From the NCBI GenBank assembly GCA_000697335.1, contig JNEM01011400.1:1-59346 (forward strand): 59,346 nucleotides of DNA, written 5' to 3'. Numbering within the stretch: the first letter of the stretch is position 1; each line of letters begins with the position of its first letter. Below, piece after piece: positions 13,189 through 25,424 of the stretch. The stretch is from Conidiobolus incongruus B7586. Lineage: Eukaryota. Position numbers and translations under genes: made by a program. The notes under the pieces were generated by a model, which ran no database searches, was not told the origin of the DNA, and was given only the letters and a program-made list of their open reading frames with translations.

Positions 13189-13396
13189 AATCAATTGATG
13201 TTATAATTTTTTATACTATTTTTATCAGTCATTTAATTTGAATTATTAATTGAATATTATTTCATACTCAAGGATCTATGAATTGTGTGCTCAGTTAGAT
13301 AACATATTTGAGATTTGATTAACATAATTTATTAAGAAACATACGCAAAATAGACAAGTTAAAATATTGAATCTAATATTGCACATACATAATAAT

Positions 13397-14073
13397 TTAT
13401 TGGCTATTCAATAAACTCATATAAATATTCCAAAATATACCAATGAAACCACAGAATGGAATTTGTAAAACTAAAGGTACAAAGAAAAAGTTGAAAAATT
13501 GAACAAAAGGCCAGACCTTATAGTTAGCAATGAGTGCAGGCCAAAAATTCTAAAAGTCAAAGTTAATCAAATGATTGGATAAATGATATTATTATTTACC
13601 TGCGTTAATTTGGATTGAATCTCTATCCAGCTAGACCCTTCCAAGTATCCCATTCCAATGAAAAAGAATCCAACTGAAAAAGGAGAGTAAATAATTTGAT
13701 CCATGATTACACGCTTGGTAACTACTTGGAAGACGTCTACAGTAGAGGGTTCAACAACTTTTTCCGTCTTTTCACCGGTCTTCACCACTTCAGGTTCAGG
13801 CATAGGGAATAAATAGTTTAATAGCGAAACCCACTTAAAACCAATTGGTGTCATGAAAATACCGTAAAAAATAAATCTTAATAATCTGGCATAATCCAGC
13901 TGAAAGGAGGCTTTAGTACTGGAAGTACCTACCAAGGAAGTGAGTAAATCAGTGTTTTGTGCAATGAGATCAGCAACACCGGAAAGGATTGCACTCATGA
14001 AACACAATCTGGGAAGAGGGTTAGAATTATCAACCTTTGTTTCAGACTTTAGTTGTTTCTTTTCTGATGCCAT
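13397..14073 (-). CDS. SYM1: Mpv17/PMP22 family membrane protein (2 exons)
   Basis: GVADLIAQ, DYARLLRF, KRVIMDQIIYSP; exon 2 reads NFWPALIANYKVWPFVQFFNFFFVPL...WNIYMSLLNSQ*. Confidence 0.88.
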
Positions 14074-16178
14074 ATTATAAAAGTGCAATAATATTCAACA
14101 ATTAATAAATTGGATTAAAAATCAACAGAAATGATAATTAATGGTATTTTTATACTAGTTTCGGTCGAGTGATTTTATGGGTGAATTCCAGTATTTGATT
14201 TAATACTTTGTTCAATTGAGAGAATGACCTTAAAATCTACCAATTTGTTTGTAATATTTTATTATGTGTTATGAAATCTATATCTATCTACATTGGAACA
14301 GTATTCAGAATGAGGTGATCAATTCCATTTCTATTTTGGTAACACGTGTTTAGATTTAATTTAATAATTAATTCAACGCATTTCTTAGCCATATTTATGT
14401 GAAATATTAATTAGTGATGTAAATCTAAAATCAAATTATATAAGTATCCTTAGATATTATATATAATAACAAGTTAATTTCAATACCCTACATATTTATG
14501 ATAGCATATAATGGAGTTTGAATTATAACATACTTCTTGAGGTCAAAATATAAATAATACATTCTTGAACAAATCGAAGTAAACATTATATATCCAAGAA
14601 ATAATAATTCATCCTATGATCCAAAAACCGCAATAATATTCTGTGTTTAGAATGTAATTATACAAATAATAGATAATTTAAGATAGAAGATAATACTAAC
14701 TTCAGTTTATAATCTTCTGAATGAATGTTGGAAATAATATACATAATTAAACTCATTTATTACGGATAGATAATGAAAATGAATGATATTGAAAAATATT
14801 AAGGGACACAATCGATATAAATATTAAATAATCCAGTATAAATAATGTCAATTAAGGTGATGCATATTCAATCATTTCAATATTGAAGTTGGTGTATTAT
14901 TATATCCTTTATTATAAATTATAATATATAATTTATTTTTATTAATTTCACAAATAATTTTTATGATTAGGAATATTGGCAGTTGTGATAATGATAAAAA
15001 AATCAGCGCATAAATATGTGGTTCAAAACTTATAAGATTATGAATCATTATGATCATTATATTAAGTCATTTTTCAAGATACAACTAATTTGATTAGAAC
15101 TATAATAGAAGATATTTTTAATATTAGTTGGGTGTTTGAATGGAATTATATATTACAGTTGAAAATATATCAATAAAATGTAATGTTTTTGGAAATTTTA
15201 TTTAATTATAACATAAAATATATTCTTGAAACCATAAATATGCTAAGCATATAATAACACATTATAAAATATAGTAAGTAATATAACAAAATATTCTATA
15301 TGTAATAATATGATTGAAAAATAAAAAAGATATGACAGTTTGTAAAATTTACTGCATTATTTCATCAATTTAATTATATATGGATATTCTTTTGTGATTA
15401 ATGACTACAATATTATATAGTTGATACCTTATTAATGATTTACTTATTAAAGAACTTTCAGATATTGCATTTGCCAAATTGATAGCTGTTATAAGTATTA
15501 TTGTTGAATATTTAGAATTGAATCACTCAAATTTTTTTGTTCAATATTACATTGCATTTAATATTAATATATTAGATTTTGTTTGATATTTAACAGGATA
15601 GTAAAAGTCTTGTTTAATGATTTCAAGGATATAATTGGCTAGTATATAGTCTAATGAATATAAATATAATAACGAACAATAGACTGATATAAATAAAATT
15701 ATTCGTGACTGCTGTCATTATTTTGATCTTTTTAAGCAAATAATAAATATTTCAATTATTATAAGTGATGAGAGTTCATTCTAAGAATGTTATTTCTAGT
15801 TAAAATTCATCATTACATGAAATTAATGAAATCATTTAAGTTACTACCAAGTATTAAATAAAATATTTTGAATATAAAAGTATAAAATAATAAGTAATAC
15901 AATACCTTATGATATATGAATCGATATTAATTGAACTTTGATAAAACATCGAATTTATAATTTGATTGGTTCAATTCATATTAACTCCTTAATCCAAATT
16001 TCAAACTCAAATTTAACTAATATTTAAACCAATTAAAAGCACTAATCAGTTAAACATTTCTTTCATACTCCAATTATTTTAAACATCATTTAGACAAACA
16101 CAATCCTTGTTGCTTTAATTATTATTCAATTGTCCCAAATCTAAGTCAATATTTAAAGCTATTTAACTATAATCGACT

Positions 16179-18726
16179 ATGGCAATAACAAAACATCTTT
16201 CAGATCACCACTTTCAAAACCAAAATTTATTCAATGCAACCATAAAATATATTGATGAACAATTTTTCTATATTTATGATCCATTCCAAATAAGTATATA
16301 TTTTAAACATGAACTCTTATCAATCATATCAAATACACAGTTATCTCCATCTAACACCAACTATCAGGTATATTGAATAATATATTAAACATACATAGTT
16401 AATATTTATATTTTATAGATTCATTCGATCACACATAACTACATTTTTAATCAATTAAGCTTGATAATTAATGCTGTTCATAAAATTGATAATTCTTGTA
16501 AAATATTCATTTATGACATACTTCGATACAAAATCTTTTGTGCTTTGACTCAAAAATCACAAATTGACAAAATAATTACATCTCAATTATTATTTAATGC
16601 TCAGGTAATATATAACCTATTATATTGTCAGATATATATTAACTTAATTTTATCCACAGAATTCGAATTATTATCAATATATATTTTTCATAAAATCTAA
16701 TAACAAAAATCGATTATATTATAACAAATTATACAAGTATAATCGTAAACCATACTTTCAAATTGAAGAAGTAAATTATAAATAAATTATTATAAATTAA
16801 TATAGGCTTATTCATATCAAATATTATATAGGATGAGTGTTCATTTATTGCACATGAGAATGAAAAAGTAAATTACTAAAATCCTATAATATACAATTTG
16901 CTAATAACCTCTTAGATAACTTGCATCAACTCTTTTGGACCCGAGGACTCTGATTTTACTTATATTATTATTGGATTAAAAAATGGAGCTTGTCAGTTAT
17001 ACCAAATAAAGGACGATCTCCACACCCTAATCAATATAAATCTTCCTAGTGATTTACCAACAAGTAATGCTACAACACATTGCTTTAGTATATTGAATCT
17101 AATCTTTGAATAGATATGATAACTTCTATTGATACTTTTGAAGCTAATTCAAATACATTTATTGTATTGAGCTATGATAACAATTTTGAAGAAAATCAGT
17201 AATATTAATAATACTATTATATTTTTTTTGAATCTAATATAGTTGTTATTAGAATTGAAGTTACTCCTACTTATTATTTCTTTCAATTCGATTATGAAAA
17301 TCAATCTTTATCAGGACTGGGTAGTATCGATCCAAAGCTACATTATTCAGAAGGAAAGCTATTAAACTGCATCATCATACAAGGTATTTGTTTTATTACA
17401 TGATAATAATTTAGGTATTCATCTGTTTCTATAGATACTAATCAGAACATTTTCTTTATCAATGGGTTTCAATGGAAACAGAATGATGAATTTTGTTGGA
17501 CCAAATTAATAGTTAGTGAATTTAAAAACTCTGCGTTAAATCTTATATTCTGTAAGGAGATCGAGTCGGATGGTCATTTCCATCCCCAATGTCTCTCACC
17601 TTCATTTGAGATTCCTCTAAATTGTTGTTTAATCTCTTCCAACCGCATTGAATCCAATTTCGATTTGATGAATACATTTCAAAACTTTAAATTACAAATA
17701 CCAAAACCAATATCACACCAGAAGATCATAGAGGTAATATATCAATACACATACATGATAATACTATTAACATTTCACTCCAGTTTTTTGAGCATTTAAA
17801 AGAGTCCGAAATATCGTCTATATATTCTCCACAGATAGTGAATACAATACAATCTAAACGACTAGCATGCAATGCCTTCTTCATGGATGAAATGATGAAA
17901 AGTGCTGGATTAAATCTTCAATCCTGCTATCCTCCTACATCTTTGTCCGCATTAATTCAATTAATTCAGAATATCCTAAATTCGGCAGCTGAAACTCAAC
18001 TAACATTGGGAATTATATATTATATAATGCTAGACTGTGCTCAACATATACCATCTCAAAAATATCTTGAAACCGTTCCATTATCCCAACGCTTCCAGAT
18101 ATCAATTAAAGGTTATTGGTTATTAGATCATGACAATTATGAGGTACATATTTTTTCATATATAAGCTATCTGAATCTAATATCTCATACAATAGGCCTC
18201 TTTCAGACATCTTATTTCAAGTATACAAGAACCTGATTGGATGAATCTAGTACTAAATAACTTTGTCCAAGCCCAAGAGTATGAACTTGGTCTCAAACTG
18301 TACAAATACCTCCAGCCTAAAGTTGACGACCTGGAAGGATTAAAGACCATTGTCCAACTTTTTATCCCTTCTGATTTCCCTCAAGCATACGCTGAAATCA
18401 GGGCAAGGAAGTTGACTACAGCTCAAATGCATGAAATTTTAACTTATCTGATTAATTTTGCTGTTCAGGGGAGTTGGATATCCGAATCATTTATCAATAT
18501 TTCTTTTGAAAACCGAGATTTGAAATTTGTGTTGCATCATTTAAAGACGAAAGATGAAATTGAATTTAAAATCCTCTACCTCCTTATCCTTTTAAAACAT
18601 TTTAATTTCAAGCAATTTTTAAATTATTTTGAAGAATTTAGTAATCTGATTGAATCAGATACTCCTCGTCACTACAAAAAATTGAAAGCAATTGCTGAAA
18701 AATTAAAATTGTCCATCGTTAATTAA
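16179..18726 (+). CDS. ELYS-like nucleoporin assembly factor with long N-terminal region, multi-exon
   Basis: ELYS-domain motifs CYPPTSLSALIQLI...IIYYIMLD...IKGYWLLDHDNYE. Upstream short exons are bounded by GT-AG introns from ATG 16179; exon boundaries are approximate. Confidence 0.7.
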
Positions 18727-20166
18727 TAAATTGTTTTTATTATTTATTCAAATGTCATTCTATATTTAATTTCCAGAATATAACACATTCTTCTTTATAT
18801 AATATTATTAGTTTAATTTCTAATTATATTTGATTATATTTCAATTTAAAACATTGAAAAATGAAAATCCAATTCAATTTCCAAAAATGATATTGAATTA
18901 ATATTTTATTTTAATGTTGTTTTAGTAATATATATTGATAAATCATATTTGTCAAATGAATTTATTATTACTTTTGAATTCTATTTTATACATATATATT
19001 TTTCTATGATATCAATAAATAATTTTTTGAAATTTTGAATATATTTCTTTAGTGTGATGGTTACTTATATGTATTTTTCATTTATTATACTTATTTCAAA
19101 CTTAATATCAAAACTAAAATTAACCAATATTTGAAAATATTAAACTATATATAAATTCATATTCAAATAATTTTTAATAAACTTAATACCAAAAATTATT
19201 TAAATAGCATTTTGTTTCAATGCTAAGGATTGATGACGTCATTTGGGTTCTCTATTAAATTCTTTTTGAATTAATTAATATTACCCGAAATTTATTCCAT
19301 CTTATTGAATATTGGTTGATTTTAATGTGATATGATCAATTGTCAGAAAAGCGTATCAGCTAATAGCATTTAATGATATTGGAAGAGAAATAACACATAA
19401 ATTTCCGTTAACTTTTTTTAATACATTTTAATTAAAATAAATGAATCTATCTTTCTTGATGTGTAATTATGAATTGACTCAGTGCTATAGTCAGTAATAT
19501 TCCTAGATATTGTGTTTTAGACCGATTTTTGATTCATCAATATAAACTAATTTATATATTACTTTGACAAAATATAATACAAAACTGAATTAATATATTT
19601 TTAGTTTTTACAAAAATACAGTATATTGTAAGAACTATAGTACATTAAGCAGTTTGATACCCCTCCCTAGTTCAAAAATAAATCAATTTTCATTTTATTT
19701 TATCCTATTATCTTGAATCATTAAATCTGTAAATTATATTTGTTTTCATAATTCAAATATTGACTGCAACGTCAATATATATACTGTAATAAAAATTTTA
19801 TTTTTATTTAGTAAAGCTATGATTCATCAACTAATTTTGATAAATATTATATTATAATTGAAATACAAATACAAGAATTGCCGAATCACGTTATATCATG
19901 GAATAGAATCTGACTTCAATACCTTGATAATGTTAAGCAAAAAAATATTTAGAATAACTTGTAAGATTACCCGAATATTTAACCATTTAGTCAAATAATA
20001 AAGAACTTATAGTTCTGATTAATCCCATAATTGATATTAATATTCGCAAACATCATTTGGAATTCCACATGTCACAATAAATTGATAATACATCAAGATA
20101 AGAAATTGATCTTATCAAAACACTTTTCAAATCAATCACATCCATAAAATCAGTCCAATTAATAAC

Positions 20167-20556
20167 ATGTCTGAAGTCTATACCTTAGATCAAATTGCCG
20201 ACAAGAAGACCTCCTCCAACCTTTGGATGGCTATTCATGGTAAAGTTTATAACATTACCGACTTTTTAGACCAACATCCTGGTGGTGAAGAAATCCTTTT
20301 AGAATGTGGTGGTGAAGATGCCACTGAAGCTTTTGAAGATATTGGTCATTCTGATTCTGCTCGCGAAACTTTAGAAAAATACCTTGTTGGTACTTTAGAT
20401 ACCTCCTCTGTTGAAAAGGCTAAGGAAGAGAAAAAGGCTGCTGCTGCCGCTACCACCAAATCTGAACCTACCGAATCTTCTATCGGAGCTCCTATTGTTG
20501 CCTTCGTAGTTGCTGCTGTAGGCTTCTTCGTTTATAAGAAATTCTTCACTGTCTAA
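20167..20556 (+). CDS. CYB5: Cytochrome b5, tail-anchored
   Basis: HPGGEE heme motif, FEDIGHS, and a C-terminal TM helix followed by basic residues. Confidence 0.96.
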   Translation: MSEVYTLDQIADKKTSSNLWMAIHGKVYNITDFLDQHPGGEEILLECGGEDATEAFEDIGHSDSARETLEKYLVGTLDTSSVEKAKEEKKAAAAATTKSEPTESSIGAPIVAFVVAAVGFFVYKKFFTV

Positions 20557-21152
20557 TTTTCAAAGTAGAATTGTCATCCTTTTCATCAAATTATACATAT
20601 TTTTAATACATAATTATTTTATAGTATTTATCTTTATATTGTTTTATATATTCATAACTATTCAACTTATATTGAGTTTAATGTCATATTATTTTATGAT
20701 TATTTCTATATATTATATTCTCCTAAACTATAATATGTCATTTTATACCATTAAAAATATAAATCTAATATATCTCTACTTATCCTCTATTAAATCAAAT
20801 ATTTTAATTTCAAAGATGTAATTTACTCTGATTCAATAATGGAAAATTCCATATTCGGGTCACCCTTTGAATATATTGATTTGATATCATTGATTTGGTA
20901 AAATAGATATATATATATATATGATTCAGAATAAATTATTAAGTATTATATTTAAAATAATCAATATTATAAGATATATTTTATTCAATATGATACATCT
21001 ATCATATATTCTTTTTTAGCTATTGTTGATTGTATCCAATATTGAATTCATCAATATGAAACCCATAATTGTGTTACATTTAAAATATTTATTTATAAAA
21101 TCAAACTAGGACAATTCAGTACCTTTAATAAATTCAATAATTAGTTTATAAT

Positions 21153-21834
21153 ATGTCGCATTTAAACTCAAAAAATCATTCCATCAAAAGAAGTTTAGTA
21201 TCGATGACTAGTGACAATAGTCCTAGTTCAATGAATCAATTCAAGTATAATTCATTAAATACTCCTAATAAGCAAACTCTGACTTCCTATCAATTAATTG
21301 AAGTTGAACAAGCTTTTGAAACATTTGACTTGAATAATAGAGGCTATTTAGATCCTTATCAGTTTAAAGTAAATTATCATGTTATTTATTTGTATTCATT
21401 TATTAATTGCTTGATAGGTTGCAGTAAGAGCTTTGGGTTTTGCACCGAGTAAAGAGGAATTAAAATCTATTACTAATAATCCCAAGTATTTTGATACAAA
21501 GCTCAAAGGAATTAATTTTGAAAACTTTAAAATATTAAGTAAATACCAAAATTTATAAATTGAGTAATATTTTCAATAATAATATATAATGATTATAGTG
21601 AGTAAAATGTATTCCAAGTCAACCCCATCGTATAATGTCCAAGAAGCTTTCAAATTATTCACTATGAATAACAGAGCTATTATTACTTTTGACGATTTAA
21701 AGAGAGTAGCTCAAGAAATAGGAGAAGATGTACCAGATGAAGAGTTGAGAGAAATGATTGAAGAGTTTAGTTTTACGGAACCAAATGGCGTTACATTAGA
21801 AGAATTTGAGCATATTATGAAATATGAGATTTAA
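21153..21834 (+). CDS. CDC31: Centrin/Cdc31-like EF-hand protein (3 exons), divergent
   Basis: Spliced translation EVEQAFETFD...KVAVRALGF...EAFKLF...DLKRVAQEIGEDVPDEELREMIEEF matches centrin; introns near 21369-21417 and 21539-21598. Confidence 0.82.
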
Positions 21835-22359
21835 TATAATTTTGACATAATTATACATCTTTTTAATACATGGAAATTTAGTGTGGTAGCTAATGGGGAT
21901 CTTGTATGTTTCGAAATTAACATCGCAAAATAACTTTCAAGTGAAGTATTCGATATATTCCAAAATTTGTTTATTCTAGTTATTTTCCAAACTGTTGCTG
22001 TTACCATATATTATACTACATAATTTAATCAAATATATATTTTGACTAATAAATATTGAAGTATTCTAATTTTTAGTGTATTTGTAAGATTTGAATAAAG
22101 TCGAAAATGTAAATTTTAAAGATTTTTTTTACTTGATATAGATTTTAAATATATCCAAATAGAATTTTGTTTTATATATTTATATAACTAATGCATTTTC
22201 GGTTGGCTTAAGATTAAATAAAATTTTAACGCATCCCCATTCATTAGGAAGCAGATGCTAATATTAAAAAATAACTCAATAAGCTAAATTTACAGACTAT
22301 AAATTTTATTCATATAAAATAAAAATTATTTAATTTTTGAGACCATTTTGAGATGGTTT

Positions 22360-23109
22360 CTAATCAAACTTAGGTAAATAGGCAATGGCATCGGTAATAA
22401 TATTACAAAGCTGATCAAGATTGTAGGGCGTGGGAGGAATAGGAATGTGGATAAATAAAACTTTTCTTGGATGTCCTAAACTGGTGGAATGTAATCGCGA
22501 TTCTCTCAATGATGTAAAGTAAGTATAGTCGCAAACATAACGACCTGGATCTTGACTCTTTTTTACCAAGTCCCATCCCTTTTCATTCAAATGTTGCACA
22601 ATTTCTTCCACATTGAACAAAGTATCAATAGTCCAATCCACTTCGTTAGCTTTATCTGGATCACAGTATCTAGGGTTGCATGTATTTGAAGGGGGAATAT
22701 AAGAAGCATTGTCAGGCTTGGTATAACCTGAGTAATGTGCCTTCTCTTCTATAGCAACACGATCAGGAAGCCCTTGGCCAATATGGATGACATAGTCATA
22801 TTGTTGAGCAGAATGAAGAACGGGGATTTGAAGGTCAACTTGCTGATATTCTACAGGCAATTCTACAGCCTCAATGGAAATTTCAATGGGCTTTTTATTT
22901 GGAATATTACACGTTAAAACTTGACCATTCAAAGTTTTAGCAACTTCCCAAGAAGGGTTAAAATCAGGTCTAGGATTTCCAAAAGGCTATTATCATTGTA
23001 TAATGAATAAACGATATGCTAATTTGATCTATTTATTAAATACCTCAAATCCTGTGATTAATGCTTTGCGCTTATTTTTGAAAATTGGAAGCGGACTTAG
23101 ATTACTCAT
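22360..23109 (-). CDS. Pyroglutamyl-peptidase I (peptidase C15), 2 exons
   Basis: ALITGFE|PFG...NPSWEVAK, LPVEY, IHIG, DPGRYVCDY (catalytic Cys) and FIHIP (catalytic His). Confidence 0.93.
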
Positions 23110-24100
23110 GATATTATTTATCATTCAATCATCTGACTTTAATTTGATTTATAATCTATATAAATTTAGTCATTAAATAATGGGATTGATCTGTGATATA
23201 AATTCTGAATATATATTCTATTTATAGTCTCTAATATATAAAGATATATGAATAGAATAATCTAATAAATTTATAATAATTATTTAAGTTTAACTTTAAT
23301 CACTAAAATAACAATTAACCAATATTAGTAATCGTAGTTTAAATTTCATAATAATTAAAGTCAATTAAATTTAATATAATTTAATGATAAGTGAAGTATG
23401 GAAAATTTATATTATTTAATAAAATTAGTAACTAATAGTATATTTAAAAAATATGTTTGGAAATCAATTGAATCTATTCTTTTAGTATTATACAGAATCT
23501 TAATATGAGACAATGGATAAATAATAATCAGATTTTTTAATAATACTTTTCTTTGGAGAAATTCATTTTTTTTCACTTTTGTAAGTGTTTTTATCAAAAT
23601 TGACTTCATAATTCTTTATTCAAGTCAAAATGGTGAATTATGAATTTATTGGAATATTTTGGATTGGTCAAATTTTCAAGAAAAAATATATAATAATTCA
23701 TAATTTAAAGTATTAATAATTGAGCTTTAATTTGAAATGTTGGTCAAAAAACAAATATAGAATATTATAAAATGAACAAGATAATTAATTATAAATTGAA
23801 TAGATTAGTATACGAGCTATGTTATCTGAAAAGTGTTAATATCTGTAAAGCATTTATGAAATACCACTTCTCTCAAAATATTACAGTTTAAATATGCAAT
23901 TCAAATGATCATATTAAAAAATATATTCTACGAGAATATAGATATAATAATGAAATTATTGTTTAAAAAGAATTTTCTCACAAAATATAAAAAAAATAAT
24001 TCAAATATTTACTATTTCATTGAAAATTATATTTAAGAATCCCATAAAGATAGAATTCAATTAAATTAGATATATAATAAGTTCAAATTTTTATTATTTT

Positions 24101-24293
24101 ATTCCTTACAACTAAACCAGTGCTGAAGAATGGGAAATAGTATTCATGACTGGTTGGTCCTTGCGGTGAGATGTGCGTGTTTGCCACATCGCGTGGCTGG
24201 TGTGCATGTTTCATCGTTCTGGGTCAGCTTCTGACCGAATGCACCTATCCCTCACCACCCTTTATGGTGCTTTTGATAACCTTCTGAGCTGGT
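24101..24293 (+). ncRNA. Long structured box C/D snoRNA, snR4-like candidate guide for 18S rRNA cytidine acetylation
   Basis: K-turn geometry: stem ACCAGT(24116-21)/GCTGGT(24288-93), C box CTGAAGA 24123-29, D box CTGA 24284-87. Internal hairpins GATGTG/CACATC and GGTCAG/CTGACC. CAACTAA (24109-15) and CACCACCC (24253-60) are complementary to conserved 18S sequence on either side of the helix-34 CCG. Confidence 0.72.
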
Positions 24294-24426
24294 ACTCAAA
24301 TTCTATAATTTTAAAATTCTTTTCTCAAAGCTTCAATAAACCATTGTTTAATTGTTTGTTGTGATCCTTTTTTACCACTTTTTTTATTTTCTTTCTGATA
24401 AATGGTACTTAGGTGGATGATGGATT

Positions 24427-24521
24427 GATCTAAAGGATGAGTTCTCATAAGAGGCTAGTTTATTTCAATATGATTTAAACGATGATGTTCTCTAAAGTTT
24501 GTATTCACACTCTGATAGATC
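24427..24521 (+). ncRNA. Box C/D methylation-guide snoRNA targeting 25S rRNA (predicted U2731, yeast numbering)
   Basis: Terminal stem GATCTA/TAGATC, C box AGGATGA, D box CTGA at 24512; the 14-nt guide TTTGTATTCACACT is complementary to the conserved 25S sequence AGUGUGAAUACAAA. Confidence 0.85.
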
Positions 24522-24603
24522 ATAATCATCCAATAAAAACCATTTCATTTCTAACTTTAACTTTTTTATTTTATTTTTTCAGTTTATTATTTTTCATTAA
24601 TGG

Positions 24604-24707
24604 ATATTCTAAGTGACGATAACCATATTCATCGGCTAGTCCTTATTAAAATTAAATAATATGGACAATGATGTCGTTAACTGTATTCACACTGTCTGAT
24701 AGAATAT
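24604..24707 (+). ncRNA. Box C/D methylation-guide snoRNA targeting 25S rRNA Um2729 (the yeast snR51 site)
   Basis: Terminal stem ATATTCTA/TAGAATAT, C box GTGACGA, D box CTGA at 24696; guide TGTATTCACACTG is complementary to 25S CAGUGUGAAUACA, and the +5 rule lands on the U of CAGU. Confidence 0.85.
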
Positions 24708-25142
24708 ATTAATGACAAAATAATAAATTGATATATTGATTAATTCCTTAATATATTTATTTTTATATTTCTTATTGATGATATAGTTAATATTAAATTT
24801 TAGTTGACTGATTGATTAGTTGATTATATTTCTTATTTTGAATCAATTTTCATCATATTTCATCATTTTCTTATTTGTGAAATTATTTTATGTATTTTAT
24901 AGCATGAAATTTATCACTCACTGCTTCATAAATTTTTCTATCTTATACCTTTTTATATACCATATTAATTTATTGCTTGAGTATTTTAATGAGTATAACT
25001 ACTATTTGTATAGAGTTTTAAGATATATATGCTTGAATGAATATTAAAATTCTTTCGAAATAAATATAATATTAAAGACAAAAATTAATTTAATAAAATA
25101 TAAATATTTTCAAGGTCATTGAATCAATTTGAGTATATTTTG

Positions 25143-25146
<4 letters not shown>

Positions 25147-25173
<27 letters not shown>
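25147..25173. repeat. (AT)n microsatellite
   Basis: Perfect dinucleotide run; similar runs near 33636, 35145, 40862 and 42437. Confidence 0.9.
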
Positions 25174-25424
25174 ACATGTATTAGTTTTATCACATTAAAT
25201 TAAAGTATTCATCTACGCTTCTCTTTTTATATTATCATGAAACCTTTTAATTTTAATATCAAATTGTATTGTTAATATATAATAAAATCCATATCATTAT
25301 ATTTAATCATCATTTCATAGCTATAAAGAAAATTTATAAATTATTTATTAAATAGAATGTACTTAAATGATACTTTATATAACAATTTAGATTTGAATTT
25401 ATTTATTAATAAATTATTCTCAAT

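Noticed and set aside
24101..24293. U3, U14, U13/snR45, RNase MRP or TPP riboswitch identity for the long structured RNA
   Set aside because: It lacks U3 boxes A/B, U14 domains A/B, the CUUGUUAC guide of U13/snR45, the MRP conserved regions and the TPP aptamer core.
24173..24364. 63-aa ORF over the GC-rich island
   Set aside because: Non-ATG start and no protein features; the GC content is explained by the structured C/D RNA.
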